A stretch of DNA of 64,000 nucleotides from Eledone cirrhosa (GCA_964016885.1 OZ024741.1:364622001-364686000); one strand, 5' to 3'. Positions 1 through 15,100 are shown, counted from the first letter of the stretch. Notes: generated from the letters alone by a model not told the origin. Program-made: numbers and translations.

Positions 1-1427
1 GACACTGCCTATGTTTTTCCAATAATTTTTAAAATGATCAAGAATTCATAGGCATTTGATAATATAAGTAGCATTTCCATTATCAAAATGGTGTAAGGAT
101 GGTGCCTGAATCATTAGAATGTTGGACTACATATTTGCCAAGATCAACTATGCCTTCCATCCTTCCTGGGTGGATAAAATCAGTTGAAAACTATAATCGA
201 TAAAATTGACTTTCCCCTTCCCCCAAATTTCTGGCCTAAATTAGAAACCATTATTAATCTGCTGTGTGAAACATAACTTAAAATTTTATCACCTGAAATT
301 ATGACAAAAGGTTTAAATTTAAATATCAGCATCTTAAACAAGCAGTTTTTGCATCATAGAACCAGGGGCAGTTTGAGGCTGGTTAGTATCAAAAGGGTTT
401 AGCTGACACTTACTTTATTTTGGCAGTATCAGTAGGGCTTTGGACAACATGCTTTGCAACATAGAGTTATGATTTTTTCCTCAAAGGTTAGCTTTGCCTT
501 TCATCCTTATGGGCTTGATAAAATTAAGTACCAGTAATGCACTGGAGTCAATTTAATCAACTTTCACCACTCCCCCTTCATATTGCTGACCTTGTGCCAA
601 AAATAGAAACAATTATTTCATGTCTATATATCACATCTTTCCATTACCAATCAAATTATCCAAACAAAGATTCAAATTAATGTTAGTGCATTCTCAGAGA
701 GCATTTCTTACTGGAGTCTCAAAGAGAATATTTGTGCAGTGCTGTATATGATTTAAATATCTTTTGTTTGGAAATACATTGTTGTCATTGGTTTACAGGG
801 TATACTGAGTACATTTTATCATGGCACCAGCACTAGAGAGGCTATTACATGTCAGGTCAGATTATAATGTCTCTGGTCTGATTATTATGGATGCAGGCAT
901 GATTGGCTAAGAAGTTCACTTTTAAATCATGAGGTCTGAGACTCTATCCCACCATGTGGTATCTTGGGCATGTGTCATTTATTATAACTTAAGGTTGACC
1001 CAGCCTTGTGAATGAAATTGGCTAATGGGAAACTGTTTTGAAGCCCCTTGGATGGATTGTATTTGTAATTCAAAGGTCCAACTTTGTCAATCACTGTGTC
1101 ATGCTGAATTCCTTGAAAGTTACATTAACCCTTTAGTATATAAACTGACCATACCCGGCCAGAATTCTCTTACCTCTTTCTTTTCAAACTGGCCGTAACT
1201 GGCCGCTCATACGGATATTAAGGTATTGTTCTCAAAATAAATAATATCAAAATCTCATATATTCGATATTATGCGAGGTAAAGCCTTTACCATAAAAATA
1301 GAGTAGTAAATAAATAGTACAATGTAAATGCTAATGAGTTAAGTTTATTCATGTCTGTGGAATGTTCAGCCACTTGCACGTTAATTTCCATTGATCAAAA
1401 AATTGTAACACTCATCATCAAAACGTT

Positions 1428-1760
1428 AAAGGCCCCAATCGGTCACTAATGACCATGGTTTTACACCTAGAAAGTTTCCCTCCAAGACACAAGCCTGGGC
1501 AAGGTTTGTTTTGTGGAAGACCAGCAATCACCCATGCATACCAGCCTCCCTTCTCCACGCCACAAATGTTGTCCAAGGGAAAGTCTATGGCTGATACAGC
1601 TTGGCATCAGTGACGTCACAACTCATTTCTACAGCTAAGTAAACTGGAGCAACGTGAAATAAAGAGTCTTGCTCAAGCACACAATGTATCACCCGGTCTG
1701 AGAATCGAACTCACAACCTCTCAATTGCAAGCCCAATGCTCTAACCACTAAGCCATGCAC
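1428..1760 (-). mobile_element. tRNA-derived CORE-type SINE (related copies ~895-1400, 5990-6150, 12312-12580, 13965-14140, 14519-14670)
   Basis: Pol III A/B boxes (TGGCTTAGTGG..GTTCGATTC) and a CORE-like TTGAGCAAGAC..TTTATTTCACGTTGCTCCAG segment. Confidence 0.8.
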
Positions 1761-3429
1761 ATTCAAAACTACATTCCATTGTTTGGTAATCAAGGATCTT
1801 CTGATTGGTTGTTGATATAGTTACTGGTGAAATAGCTTCAGATTAAGAACACTTGGAGATGTCATTAGATTTATTTAGGGGCCGAACAAAAAGTTCAAAA
1901 TGAAACCATGTAATCAGTTAACAACTCTGCAATATATTTCCGAGAACTGTCTTAAACTAATAAAATGTTTCACTGTATGTATGTATGTATATATGTATGC
2001 ATGTGGGAGTGAAAGACCTCCAGTAGTTGTCACAACACCTTTCTAAGAGAGAGAAACTCTGAAAAAAAAAAAACTAGTGGCTTCGGAAGCATCCGATGAT
2101 GTTGACCAGTTCTTCTTTTCAGGTAGTGTTTTCGATGCTCAGAGAGTGGGATTGGTCGAGTGCAGGCCTTTCTCCACTTAAAAAACCTTCAAAGCATAGG
2201 CATTGCTTATTCAGGATCTGTTACAGGTTCGTGTGGCTGGTCGTAGCCTAAAAGTGCACCATTTTCTGTAATCTGACGAGCGATTGCAATAGTCTTAGCA
2301 AAGTTTGCAGTCATCATGTATGTAGGAATGTATGTATGTATGTGTCTGTATGCATGTGTGTCTGCATGTAATTATACAAATTATATTTATATGTGTATAT
2401 ATATATGGGTGTTAAATCAGGGGATGGTTTAAATATATCACCCAACTACTCAGAACACAAAACAAGAACAAATACTGCAAGGTATTTCAGTTAATTCCCT
2501 AAAAATTCTGCCAATCTACCACTCTGGACTGGTACTTTATTTTATCAACCTAAAAACAATGAAAGGCAAAGTTGACCTTTTTAGGATTTGAACTCAGAGC
2601 ATAGAGAGCTGGAATAAATAGTGCACAGTATTTTCTCCTACACTCTAATGACCGCCAATTCACCACCTATAGGTCACTAAAAGGGCTAGTGTCAGGACGG
2701 GTATGCAGCAATGAATCATGGTTATGAAAAGGGTCCCATGATGGGTATAAAGTTTGCCATGAGGTCCAAAAGACTAATCTCTGTATTGAACATTTTTTGA
2801 TTATTCTCATATGCATTGAAATTGCTTACTGAAATTTTGTTTAGTTTTAAAAAACTATACAGTCTTCAGTTGTTAACTCACACAACACTAAAACTCATGA
2901 ATAATGTTTTTGTTTCCAAAGGCTTTGGATTGGCTGAGCAGTTGACCCAAAACCTTTTAGGATTTAGTTGTATCCAACACTCCCCCATTGGTGCACTGCC
3001 ATGCAGTCACTGTATTGGTATTGGGCACATTAAAATGTTCCTGCTTAATAGCTTTGAAATGTTGAAGCACAGTAGCTTTGAATTTAAAATATGTTTTCTC
3101 AAAGCATCAAACGTTTCACTAAAGGGTTAGGAAAAATTAGAGGGAATGTTGGTAATGTCCCTTTATGTTTTATGTTCAAATTCTGACCAGGTTGATCACA
3201 TTTTTTTTGCATCAAAGTTAATAATATAATTACTAGTTACTGTGGTTGATTTTATTGACTGTTCACTCACCCAAAAATGTATGGCTATATGTCTATGCCA
3301 CTTTACAAATACAAATTAATGAATTTGTATATTGTTTCTTTAGGATTGAAAGCATTTAGAAGGTACACATCTAAGGACTCATGAAAAGCTAACTGGTATT
3401 AAAAAAATTTGAAATAGAATCTACCTTAA

Positions 3430-3681
3430 CCCTTTTGTTACCTTATTTTAATGGAAAACGCTGTCTATGATGTTCAATTAAGTTTGAAAACAATCAAGAA
3501 TTTGGACAGATTTGATAATATAGTTAACTTTCTCATTATTAAGCAGATGTTTGGAGAAATAACTGAACAAAATAATATAAAATTATGATGGAAGGTTTAT
3601 AGATCAATATATATACTTTAAAGCAAACAGTTCTGCATCATAAAACTGGGGGCAATTTCAGGTGGTTTGGTATCAAAAGGG
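3430..3681. mobile_element. piggyBac-type MITE family A (other copies ~1-400, 6417-6672, 10859-11065, 29332-30074, 36569-36847)
   Basis: TTAA|CCCTTTTG...CAAAAGGG|TTAA termini. The body recurs at the listed positions. Confidence 0.8.
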
Positions 3682-6600
3682 TTAATTGAAAAATTATTAA
3701 GCTTGTTTTTTTTTTTTAAATTTAAATAGAATTTATCTGAAGAAATATAATATATTAGTAATGTAGGTTCATTTAATGCCAGTTGCTCTAATGCAATTAC
3801 ATTGTTAAACCAGTATTTTATATGCTGAATAAATATTGATGATTATTATCATGTAAGCATAATTGCACTTTCTATATAGAAATGCTCCAAAATTAATTAC
3901 CTCCTTAGGAAAAACATAAAACCATTTAGTTGACTTATTGGTGCCATGTTAAATTTACACTGCAATCCATTAAAATGCTATTTGGTATGAAATTATTGAA
4001 AAAATTATACATATTTTTCATTTTTCATTTTACATTAAACAATTGTGTAAGGAGTAACTGTTTGTCCAACTCTATTTGTTACTTAACCTTCTGGAGGCTG
4101 AATTTTTTAATGAATTGCTTCCCTTGATACTGTATTATGTATTAAGGGGAGATTACTCTATTGGTGCATCCAGTCACCCACAGTGCCAAGAAGATTAATT
4201 ACAAAAAAATCATTAGATTTGTTAATATTTCATCCCTGTGTTGATTTTTTTGATGTGGTGTATGGTGTAACACATTAAACATTCTGGTCTTTGATGTTTA
4301 GATAATCCTGCTGGATTATTACACACAGCATATGGTTCCTTCTAACAAAACTGACCACAAAAATCATCAGGGTTATTTAATTCTTGTGATTTAAATAATC
4401 CAACCTTGTTATGCAGTAAAATATTGTTAGTCTACTGAGAGACACATTTTCATAGTGAGAAATTTATCTTGCTAAAAAAAAAGGAAAAAGAATATATACA
4501 GTAGTACAACTTTTTTAAATGTGTGATTGTATTTTATGTACAAACTATTCTTTATTTTAACTTTTAGTCATAAAGTACAATGCTGGTTTTCAAAGTTGGT
4601 TTACTATGTAATATCAAAACTTGTGAGACATATATTCTAAGAATGTCTGTTAGTAACAATATTAAAAGCTTCATAGTATTTGTTCCAACTGTTTATGTTC
4701 TGAGTTCAACTCTTGCTGATGTCAAATTTGCCTTTCATTATTTCTGGGCAGTGAAGTGGCAGTAATGGTAGAGCTTCTGACAACATGCTTTGTGGCATAT
4801 AGTTACGACCCTTACGTTCTGAGTTCAAATCCCACTGAGGTTAACTTTGCCTTTCATCCTTACGGGGTCGATAAAATAAAGTATCAGTAATGTACTGTGG
4901 TCGATTTAATTGACTTTCCCCTTCTCTTCAAATTGCTGGCCTTGTGCCAAAAGTAGAGCTATTATTTCTGGGTCAATAAAATAAAGCACCAATCAAATAC
5001 TGGGGCTGATGCAATTGACTTCCCACATACACCATTAAATTATTGGCCTAGTGTCAAATTAGAAGCCAATAACAAAAGCTTATGTAAAAAAACAAAAAAA
5101 CTATAATATATCATATAGCTTTTTAAGGTATGGAACAAAGATAATTATATATCTTTTCGACCTACACGTTAAACCCATTTTAAGGTATGTTAATGTAATT
5201 GCTTGTATCATATCTTGTAATTTATTTATATGTGATTAATGGTTATATTTTATTGGAGTGGTTTAAACATCATGATTGAGGAAGGGTGAGAGAGAGTGCG
5301 CAAGAGAGAGAAAGAGTGAGAGAAGGGGGAGAGGGGGAGAGAGACAAAGAGAGAGAGTGAGAGAGAGAGAGAGACTTTTGTAACATTATGAATCACTTGT
5401 CTTATCACATTCCACCTAAAATATTCAACTTTAAATTTATTTAGGTATTTGTGTGTGGGTGTATATATATATATGTATCACTCTCTCTCTCTCTCTCACT
5501 CTCAATATATATATATATTAATACATATATATATATATATATTGGTAGTTGTCAAAAGCTGAATTATACTATCATTTAATTTAGTAAGACTCACCAATTT
5601 ACTATCACAAAAGATTTAATATTAAAACAAGAATGAATCTATATGTAGTAAATATAGAAATGAGATAATAATCATGATTATTATGAAGGTATTATGCTGA
5701 ATATAATTAAAATATTCTCTGTTTTACAATAAAATAGATATTTCCTATAAATATAATTTTATGAGGTGAAATGAAAAATAATATAAAAATTCATATATCT
5801 TTGCATTCATTCTAAATTGTCATAACATTAAAAATATACTATAATATTATGTAGTTGTATGTTTATTGTATATTTACAGTGAAAAAATAAATTTATTATC
5901 AGTGGTTAATGATTAAAAAGGAAAAATAAAATGAAATTTTCTGCTTATACAAGTTTAGCTTGCCTCATACTCTGTTGCATCTTGTAGGAGTTTACTTGGA
6001 CGTTTCAGTGATAGGGGCCCCAGTTCTATAATGAAAAGCAACATGAAATGAAGCATCTCTCTCAAGAACACAACATATTGCTCAGTCCAGGAATCGAATC
6101 CACGACCTTATGTACTTGAGTTTGACACTCTAGCCACTAGGTGGCTAGAGTGGTTAATAATTATGACAATTTATATCATAAATTGAATAACATATAATTC
6201 TGTGATTAAACTCATATTCCATGTTTGTTTTATTTAATATAGATATTCTTATTATATACCTTTTCTTCCGGTATTGAAAGTGGTCTAAACTCAGACATTG
6301 AGTGGAAAAATTTGAAAAATAAATTAAAATATAAAGCAATGTCTCAGTACTTTCATGTACCCTGATGTAACCTTCGTCCTCTAGAATGCACAGTAAAAGT
6401 TTGAGGCTTATCTTAACTCTTATATTACCATATTTCTTATGAAATACATTGCCTATGATTTTCAAATTACTTTGAAAAATATTCAAGAATTTGGAAGGAT
6501 TTAGTAATATAACCAGTTTTCCCATTAATAAGTTAATTTTTTAAACATAATTTAATGAATATTCTTACATAAAATTATAATGGAAGGGTTTTAGATAAAA

Positions 6601-9032
6601 ATAAACACTTTAAAATAAAGTTTTGTATTGCAAAACCAGGGAAAGGTTTCAGGTGGTTCAGTATCAAAGGGGTTAAGTAAAAGACTCCAACTTTGACGTC
6701 AGGAAATGTAAATAACATCAAATCAAAGAATTTTTTTTTTAAATGAGTGATTTTTTTTAATGAAGATTTATTAAATAATGTTCATTTACATCTGCTTACC
6801 TATGATTTGCAAACGATATTTACAAAAGTGTATAATTATTACTTTAATATAAGAAAATCTCAATGGAATGCCACTGAAAATGTATTATTTCAATTTTTTA
6901 TAACTGAGAATATTATTAGCTTATTATTTGGAAAACTTAAGATATAAATCCATTTTATATTGGAGTTGAACTTGTTGGGCAAATGACTTAATCTGAGACC
7001 CATGTTGAAACTAAAGCAATCATATCATGAAAGATTCATTCTAGGCATTCAAAAACACACAAACAATTGTTAAATAGACTTTACATTGATTATTCATTTG
7101 TTGATGTCAAAATTTGAATTGCACTGATAAATTTAAAGTCAATTTAAGTTTTGTTTGTATTTGAATGGACAAAATGACTATTTCAATATATAATTGCACT
7201 ATTTCATGTCTTTATTTGAATTTCAATAACTATAAATGGAGTGTATTTTATTTCAACTCTTATCAAAAAGGAAATGTTTTTTTTTTCTTCTAATTTGAAA
7301 GAGTGTTCTTTGTTATTCTATGACTTCAATACGAAATGAAGAATAGTTTACTTAACCTAACATTTATAACATTGCCTAAAACACTACATAGGCGATATAG
7401 CGGCCTAAAAATACTGCTTTTCTACTGATTTTGAGAATTAACCAATAGTTTTTTTTTTGTTTTTTTTTGCTATATAGTAAAAAGTGGATATTGTGCTAAA
7501 AGGATTAAAGGTTCTGTCGACCATGTATAAATTAAATATTATAAGTGACAGATTACATAGAAAAATATAAAAACAAAATTCAAAACCCCACAAAAAAATA
7601 TCAACCTACAAGATATAACTAGATTTCTGTGATACACAACCAAATAAAAAATATTCATGTCTGTAATACATAAATATATGGATATGTTTTTGAAAGTAAA
7701 TAAATGCTGTTACTTTTTATAGTAAAGGCACAATTTACTTCATTTCATCAAGATTGTTTTCTTGTGGTGTTAATTATATTTATTTCTAAAGCCACTGTTG
7801 CAAGTAATAAGATGTTCACCTGTTACATATGTACATGTATTCATTTAAAAGCTGAAAGCACAATTCTATTTTACATTTCTCTATGATTTTCAGTTAATCT
7901 TCAATGAATTGTTTTCTAAAGTCAATAATCTGAAATAAATGAAAGAAATGTAAAGCTGAATTATTTATGAAATATAATATCCTTCTTATTTACAAACTTT
8001 ATATATGACCAACTGTTATAATTTATTTATGCGCAGGGCAGTAAATTAACAGAATCGTTAGGGCATTGGAACAAATGCTTTGTGGCATTTGTGCCTTCAT
8101 GATTTTTACATTCTGAATTCAAATCTCACTAAGGCAAACTTTGCTTTTCACACTTCCGAAGTGTGAAATAAAGTACCAGTCAAGTACTTAGGTCAATGTA
8201 ATCGACTTATCCCTCCCCGCAAAATTGATGGCCTTGTGCCTAAATTAGAAAACATTATAATGTTTAGCATAACCATTAGAGCATGCTTTACTGTATTTGT
8301 TCTGGTTCTTTATGTTGAATTTGAATCCCATTGAGTTTGATAAAATAAAGTACTATGGTCGATTTGATTGACTTTACCTTCTCTTCACAAATTGCTGGCC
8401 TTGTGCCTAAATTAGAAAACAAAAAGAAAACAAGGGCAGTGGATTGACAGAATCATTGAAATGTCAGTTCAAATGTTTTGCTGCATTTGATCTGGCTTTT
8501 TACATTCTGAGTTCAAATCCTGATGAACTAAATTTTGCCTTTCATCTGAGGTCGATAAAATAAGTACTAGACAAATATTGTGGCTGGCTTAATTGACTTT
8601 CCTCATCCCCTCTAAAATTTATTGGCATTGCGCCTAAATTAGAAACTTATTATTTATTAGATGGAAATTCCAGTTGCGTGTGTTATGTTCAACCAAACTA
8701 TAATCGTTAACAATAAAATAATTAATTACTTTACCCCAAAAGTCTATAACTGCACACATTACTATTTGTGTTCTTCAAAGAAAGTATTAATATTTAAAAA
8801 AAAACTTTTTTAATTTTTAAGAAAGTAATAATATTTTTCTTTTCAGCCAATTTATTTAGTAATTTCAGAGTTGTACATGTCTAACAAGTCACTTGATCTG
8901 AGACCATGTGTTGAAACTAAAGCAATTACATTGTGGAAGAGAAGTAATATTGGCCATACCAAAAGCACAAATAGTTATATTGACTTTACATTTATTCATT
9001 TGTTTTATGATGTCAAAGTTCTTGATGCACTG

Positions 9033-9790
9033 TCTGTGACTGGGTGTCAGTAACCAGGTCATAGTGTGGCAGGAACTGTGAGAGTGACCAGGTCATAGTG
9101 TGACTGGAACTGTGTCAGTAACCAGGTCATAGTGTGACTAGAACAGTGTCAGTAACCAGGTCACAGTGTGACTGGAACTGTGTAGTGACTAGGTCATAGT
9201 GTGACTGGAACTGTGTCAGTGACCAGGATATAGAATGACTGTGGTACAGTGTCAGTAACCATGTCATAGTATGACTGGACCTGTGTCAGTAAGCAGGTCA
9301 TAGTGTGACTGGAACTGTGATAGTGACCAAACCATAGTGTAATTCTGGAACTGTGTCAGTAACCAGTCATACTGTGATTGGAACTATGTTAGTGACCAGG
9401 TCATTGTGTGTTTGTGGTACTGTGTCAGTAACCAGGTCATAGTGTGACTGTGGAACTGTGTCAGTAACCAGGTCATAGTTTGTTTGGAACTGTGTCAATG
9501 ACCAGGTCCTTGTGCGTTTATGGTACTGTGTCAGTAACCAGGTCATAGTGTGACTAGAACTGTGACAGTGATCAGGTCAAAGTGTGACTCAAACTGTGAG
9601 AATGACCAGGTCACAGTGTGACAGGAACTGTGACAGTGACCAGGTTATAATGTGACTGGAACCATGTCAGTGACCAGGCCACAGTGTGACTGAAACTGTG
9701 TCTTGACCAGGTCATAGTGTGACTGGAACTGTGACAGTGACCAGGTCATAGTATGACTCGAACTGTGTCAGTGCCCAGGTCACCAACAGT
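9033..9790. repeat. 34-bp minisatellite (~22 units)
   Basis: Unit GTGACCAGGTCATAGTGTGACTGGAACTGTGTCA. CCAGGTC recurs at 9054, 9088 and onward. Confidence 0.95.
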
Positions 9791-9926
9791 GCCTGAAAAC
9801 GTTTGGCACTGTGAAATAAATGATGAATGTAAAGTGAAGTTAACAGTTTTAGTAAGTTTTTGAATGTTTAAAATCACACTTCCACACTAATTGCTTATTT
9901 AGGAATGTCATGGGGGAAGACAGTTA

Positions 9927-10085
<159 letters not shown>

Positions 10086-12699
10086 GATCCTAACAAATGA
10101 AACATGAATGATTGATTGTACAACTAACTGAAATCAGAATATTTTATGTTTTATTTAATTTATTTGTTATTTTTTAAAAAATTATTGTAACATTTCTAAT
10201 TAATTATTGAAAAATTGCTAATTAATGATTTCTAATTTGTTTACTGTCATGAAAATAATGGTAAAAGTGATGATAATTTCTCTCAAATCTTTAAGTCTAA
10301 AGAAACTTTGAGGAAGCTGTTTGTAAAGCAAAATAAATAAATAAATACAAAAATAAATAAATAAATATATATATAAACCCAATTAAATTAAAAAAAAAAT
10401 TTAATTAACAATTTCTTGCCATTTCTACCAACGTTGCCAATAATTATTTAGGAAGGTAGTAGAATTATTAGAGTGCTGGACAAAATACTTTGTGGCATTC
10501 ATTTCCATTCTTTATGTTCACAGTTTAAATCCTGTCAAGGTCAACTTTGCCTTTCATCCTTCTGGGGTCCATAAAATAAAGTACCTGTCACATGCTAGGG
10601 TTGATTAAATCAACTTTCCCCTCCCCACAAATTATTGGCCTTATGCCTAAATTAGAAACCATTATAAGGATTTCTGCCAATGCTTGGAGTTTGAGACTTT
10701 TATTCATTTATTTGATTTTTTTTTTTAATGAATATTTTAAAACTTCAGATATTATTTCCTGCTCAGTTGAAATAAAAATTGCATTTTAACAGTAAAATAA
10801 CCCCATTATGATGGGGCGAAATTTATGACAAGGCACTTCATTTTATATATTTATTTAACTCTTTTCTTGCCATATTTCTTATGAAAGACATTGCCCATGA
10901 CTTTCAATTAATTTTCGAAATAATCAAGAATTTCGAGGAACTTTCTCATTATTAAGCTGGTGTGTGAATCATAACTTAATAAAAGTTCCTACATAAAATT
11001 ATGATGGAAGGGTTTTAAGCAAATATAAAATAAACAGCTTTTCAGTCAGTGTGGTATCAAAGGGGTTACCGTAATTCACAGTGTCGAAGACGTTACTTTT
11101 TTCCTTAAATAACTCTCAAAAATCTACCATGCATCCTGGAGGGCGAAGGTTGTTTATTATTTTTTTTCTAATTTTTGGTTGTCAAAATTAGGGCGAATCA
11201 TTGAGGATGAAGGGTCTTTGGTGCCAGGATGGTACAGTATATGGAAGGAATATATTAGTTTAACGCTTGAATAACAGAAAGAGGGTAGTCCTTCATCAGA
11301 AAAATGTATTTAGAGAAAAATATCAGGTCCATTCATATTGTCATCTCTTTGATTACTGATTAACTAAATGTATATTTATTTTAATCAGCGACAGTGCTGA
11401 ATTTATACATGAGTTAAGTTGGTTACAACCTAGAGCCGCATTTTAAATATATATTAAAATATGCAGTAGTAATGCTCTGACATTTAAAAACATAACCCAA
11501 AATGTTTATATATAATAAACACTCTTTTAGCCTCACAATGAAATTTTAAAAAGCAGTGGTAATGTCATTGTTATTCTTGGCACAAATAAAGAATACCCTG
11601 ACAGCACTTTTACTGGATTTCATAAAAAAAAGCTATAAACTTCCAGTTTATTATAGGAGTAAGCCTTTTTGATGATGGATAAAAACCCAGAAGTGGTGCC
11701 ATCAGGGTGTTCTCCCTTTGTTGCTAAGAAATTTTTAAAAACTCATAGCAAGGCTAAAAGGATCGTTTTTTTATGTATAAACATTTCACATATGCTTCAA
11801 TATTAATATATATATCAAAATGCAGCTATGAAACAAAATATTTTTGTCAAAATATATGTTATAATTGTTATTAAATCTATTTCTTCACCTTTTTTTTTTG
11901 TGAAGGGGTGCCATCACCATTCTAAGTGTAGACTTACGTTCTTGTACTTTCTAATTTTCATTAAACGTTTGTGAGCAGGTGCTGGGGGTCTCAAATATTC
12001 TCTACCCAATGGTCCCTAGTTTCTTTAATCTGACCCTGATCAGAAGATTACAAAATTGAGACAACACACCAATAATCACAATTATTAAATGCTGGGCTTG
12101 TGCCAAAGTAGAAAAAATTATTAAATACATAAATTGCAATTAGTTCTAAAAAGAATAGATAGTCAACAGACTATGCATAGGGTATTTGTATTTACTAATT
12201 TACCCTGGTACAATTTTGGCATCATATGCTTTTTTAATGTTTATCTTACTCCAATGAATACTTCTGTGATATTGTTATTTTCTGTATTAATCTGAACTGA
12301 TTAGAAAGAGAAGGCATGTGGCTTAGTGGTTAGGGTGTTCATCTCATGTTTGTGAGTTTGATTCTAGAGACATGTTGTTTCCTTGAGCAAGACACTTTAT
12401 TTCCCATTGCTCCAATTCCCTCGGTTGAAAAAACCCCCCAAAAAACGAGTTGTCCCAGTAATTTAACTGTTCAATCTTGTCACACACTGTGTCATGCCAA
12501 ATCTCCATGGTTATACATGTCTCTGGAATGTTGAGTCACTTACACATTAATTTCCTGAGCAGGATGTTCCTTTGATAAAACAAATAGAAGCAATAAATGT
12601 CTAAAACTAGTTATAACCTATTTAGTGGTCAACTAAAATATATATTCATAGTCCCCTATAATTAAAATAACTCAAAGAAAAACATTTTTCTGAACCTTA

Positions 12700-13292
12700 T
12701 AATACAGTAAGGAGAGGCAAACACAGATATATAACTATATGTGTTCAAATCACAAGGGTCAGAAACTGCCAGGGTGAAGAAAGTACTGACTAAAATAGTA
12801 TGGTTCATAGAACCCAATCAAAAGGATAAATTGAGATATATGAACCTACCATGATAACTGTCATATACTTGGACAATTAGAACTGTTGTGCAAAATTCAG
12901 TGAAGAGAATTACTGGAGTGGTGCTTTTCAATGGGTATCCACGGCAATATTCACCTCACTAGTTATAACCATGTGCTCTCTCTCTTAATGCACATGTGTT
13001 ATTTAGTCTTTTATTAATCATAGTAGTGAGTTGAATATTGCTGTGGATACCCATTGAAATGCACCACTCCAGTAATTCTCTTCACTGAATTTTGCAAAAC
13101 AGTTCTACCCGTAAGCTGTCTGGGTACACGATAGTTATCATGGTAGGTTTGTATATCTCAATTTATCCTTTTGATTGGGTTCTGTGAACCATACTATTTT
13201 AGTCAGTATTTTCTTCACCCTGGCGGTTTCTGTCTCTTGTGATTTGAAGACATATAGTTATATATCTGTGTTCATCTCTCCTTACTGTATTA
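12700..13292. repeat. Long inverted repeat (~260-bp arms, ~60-bp loop)
   Basis: 12700-12961 is the reverse complement of ~13025-13292 with scattered mismatches. Confidence 0.9.
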
Positions 13293-13552
13293 TTTATTTT
13301 AATCTGAAGATTGTACAAGGAGGATAACATATCAATAAACCCTGCTATATTATTAGAAACATAAAGTAGCAGTTTATTTGGCAGAGTTGTTAGAGCATTT
13401 GATATTTCTTCTGACTCTGTAAGATCCACTTTGCCTTTTGACCTTTTGGATGTCGATAAAATAATCTACCAATCATATACTAGAGATCAGTTTTATCAAA
13501 TTTTGGATGTCGATAAAATAAAGTATCAGTCAAGTACTAGAGATCAATTTAA

Positions 13553-13773
13553 CCCTTTAACATTTACATTACTCTATACTTACTATTATATTTTCACAGT
13601 AAAGGCTTTACCTCACATAATTATTTCACATAGTAACTAATCTATGAGATTTTGATATTATTTATTTTGAGAACAATACCTTAACATCAGTATGAGTGGC
13701 TGGTTACAGCCAGTTTGAACAGAAAGAGGTGAGAGAATTAAGGCCAGATATGGCTGGTTTAAACGCTAAAGGG
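13553..13773. mobile_element. piggyBac-type MITE family B (reverse copy at 1129-1338)
   Basis: TTAA|CCCTTTA...TAAAGGG termini. The two copies share their internal sequence in opposite orientation and each interrupts a SINE. Confidence 0.78.
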
Positions 13774-13868
13774 ATAATCAACCTTTGGATGTCAATGAAA
13801 TCAATTACCAGTACTAGAGATCAATTTAAACAACTCTTCACTCAGCTCCATAATTTGCTGGCCTTATA

Positions 13869-13947
13869 TTGGGTCGTCAAGTATGAAATTTGTAGAAATA
13901 TGTAGGAAAATAAATAATTTCTATAAATTTCATACTTGATGACCCAA
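13869..13947. mobile_element. 79-bp mariner-type MITE (MADE-like)
   Basis: TA|TTGGGTCGTCAAGTATGAAATTT...AAATTTCATACTTGATGACCCAA|TA, inserted in a SINE tail. Confidence 0.75.
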
Positions 13948-14681
13948 TACCTAAATTAAATGCTGTTGAAAATTTGAGTTGCTCAAGTCCATTCAGATGG
14001 CAAAAATGAGTCGTACATAATAATTTAAAGGGCTCGCCTTGTCACACACTGTATGGAATACTCAACCATTTAGACATTAATTTCTCAAGTAAGCTGTTCT
14101 GTTATTCAAACAACAGGAACATCCATCATCAGAAACTTCTGGATGCTTGAGTGAAAGTAAATAAAACATATGTTAAAATGATTTTCCTTATTTTGTCATA
14201 AAAAATAAAAACAAAACATACAAGACAGTAGTGCCCCAGCATGGCCATAGTTTAATGACTGAAACTAATGAAAAAATAAAAGAATACATCTATAATAATG
14301 GTTTCTGATTTAGGCACAAAGCCAACAATTTTGGAGAAGGTGAAAGTTGATTAAATCAATCCTAGTGCATTACTGGTACTTTATTTTAGCAATCCTATAA
14401 GCATAAAAGGCAAAGTTAACCTCAACAGGATTTGACATCACTATATGTCACAAATCATGTTGTACAATGTTCTACCGATACTGCCAATCCACCAAAATAC
14501 ATATATAATAATACAGATGCAGGTATGTCTGCATGATTAATGAGTTGTTTTGTAACCATATGGTTCAGGTTCAGTCCTACTGTTTGGCACCTTAAGCAAG
14601 TATTTTCTGCTATAGCTTAACCAATTACTTATGAGTGAAATTTGGTTGATGGATATTATTATGTAGAAGGGCATTGTCTAC

Positions 14682-14803
<122 letters not shown>

Positions 14804-15016
14804 TATGGGTAATACGGTGAAATACTATATATATACATATACGCAGACACACATATATATATCACCATCACTGTTTAACATCAATTTTTCATTCTTATCA
14901 TTTTCCTCCATCTCTCTCTCTTTCTCTGAATCAGCTACATGAAGGTACCAAGAAAGTAGCATTCGCATCAGGGTTCCAACAATCTTTTCACTGCCACATA
15001 CTGTGTGGACATGACA

Positions 15017-15064
<48 letters not shown>

Positions 15065-15065
15065 G

Positions 15066-15100
<35 letters not shown>

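Noticed and set aside
2816-6525. Short AT-rich ORFs (104 aa and 123 aa)
   Set aside because: They overlap MITE sequence and have low-complexity composition with no recognisable domain.
8871-9053. Possible exon after a TTTCAG acceptor
   Set aside because: The paralogous copy at 6963-7125 has a stop and indels in this frame, and no protein family is recognisable.
9033-9790. CRISPR-like array of ~34-bp repeats
   Set aside because: Units are contiguous with no unique spacers, there are no cas genes and the context is eukaryotic.
13869-13947. TTGATGA-CCC inside a palindrome as a hammerhead
   Set aside because: No GAAA or stem III. TA TSD, TTGGGT terminus and ~80-bp size fit a mariner MITE.
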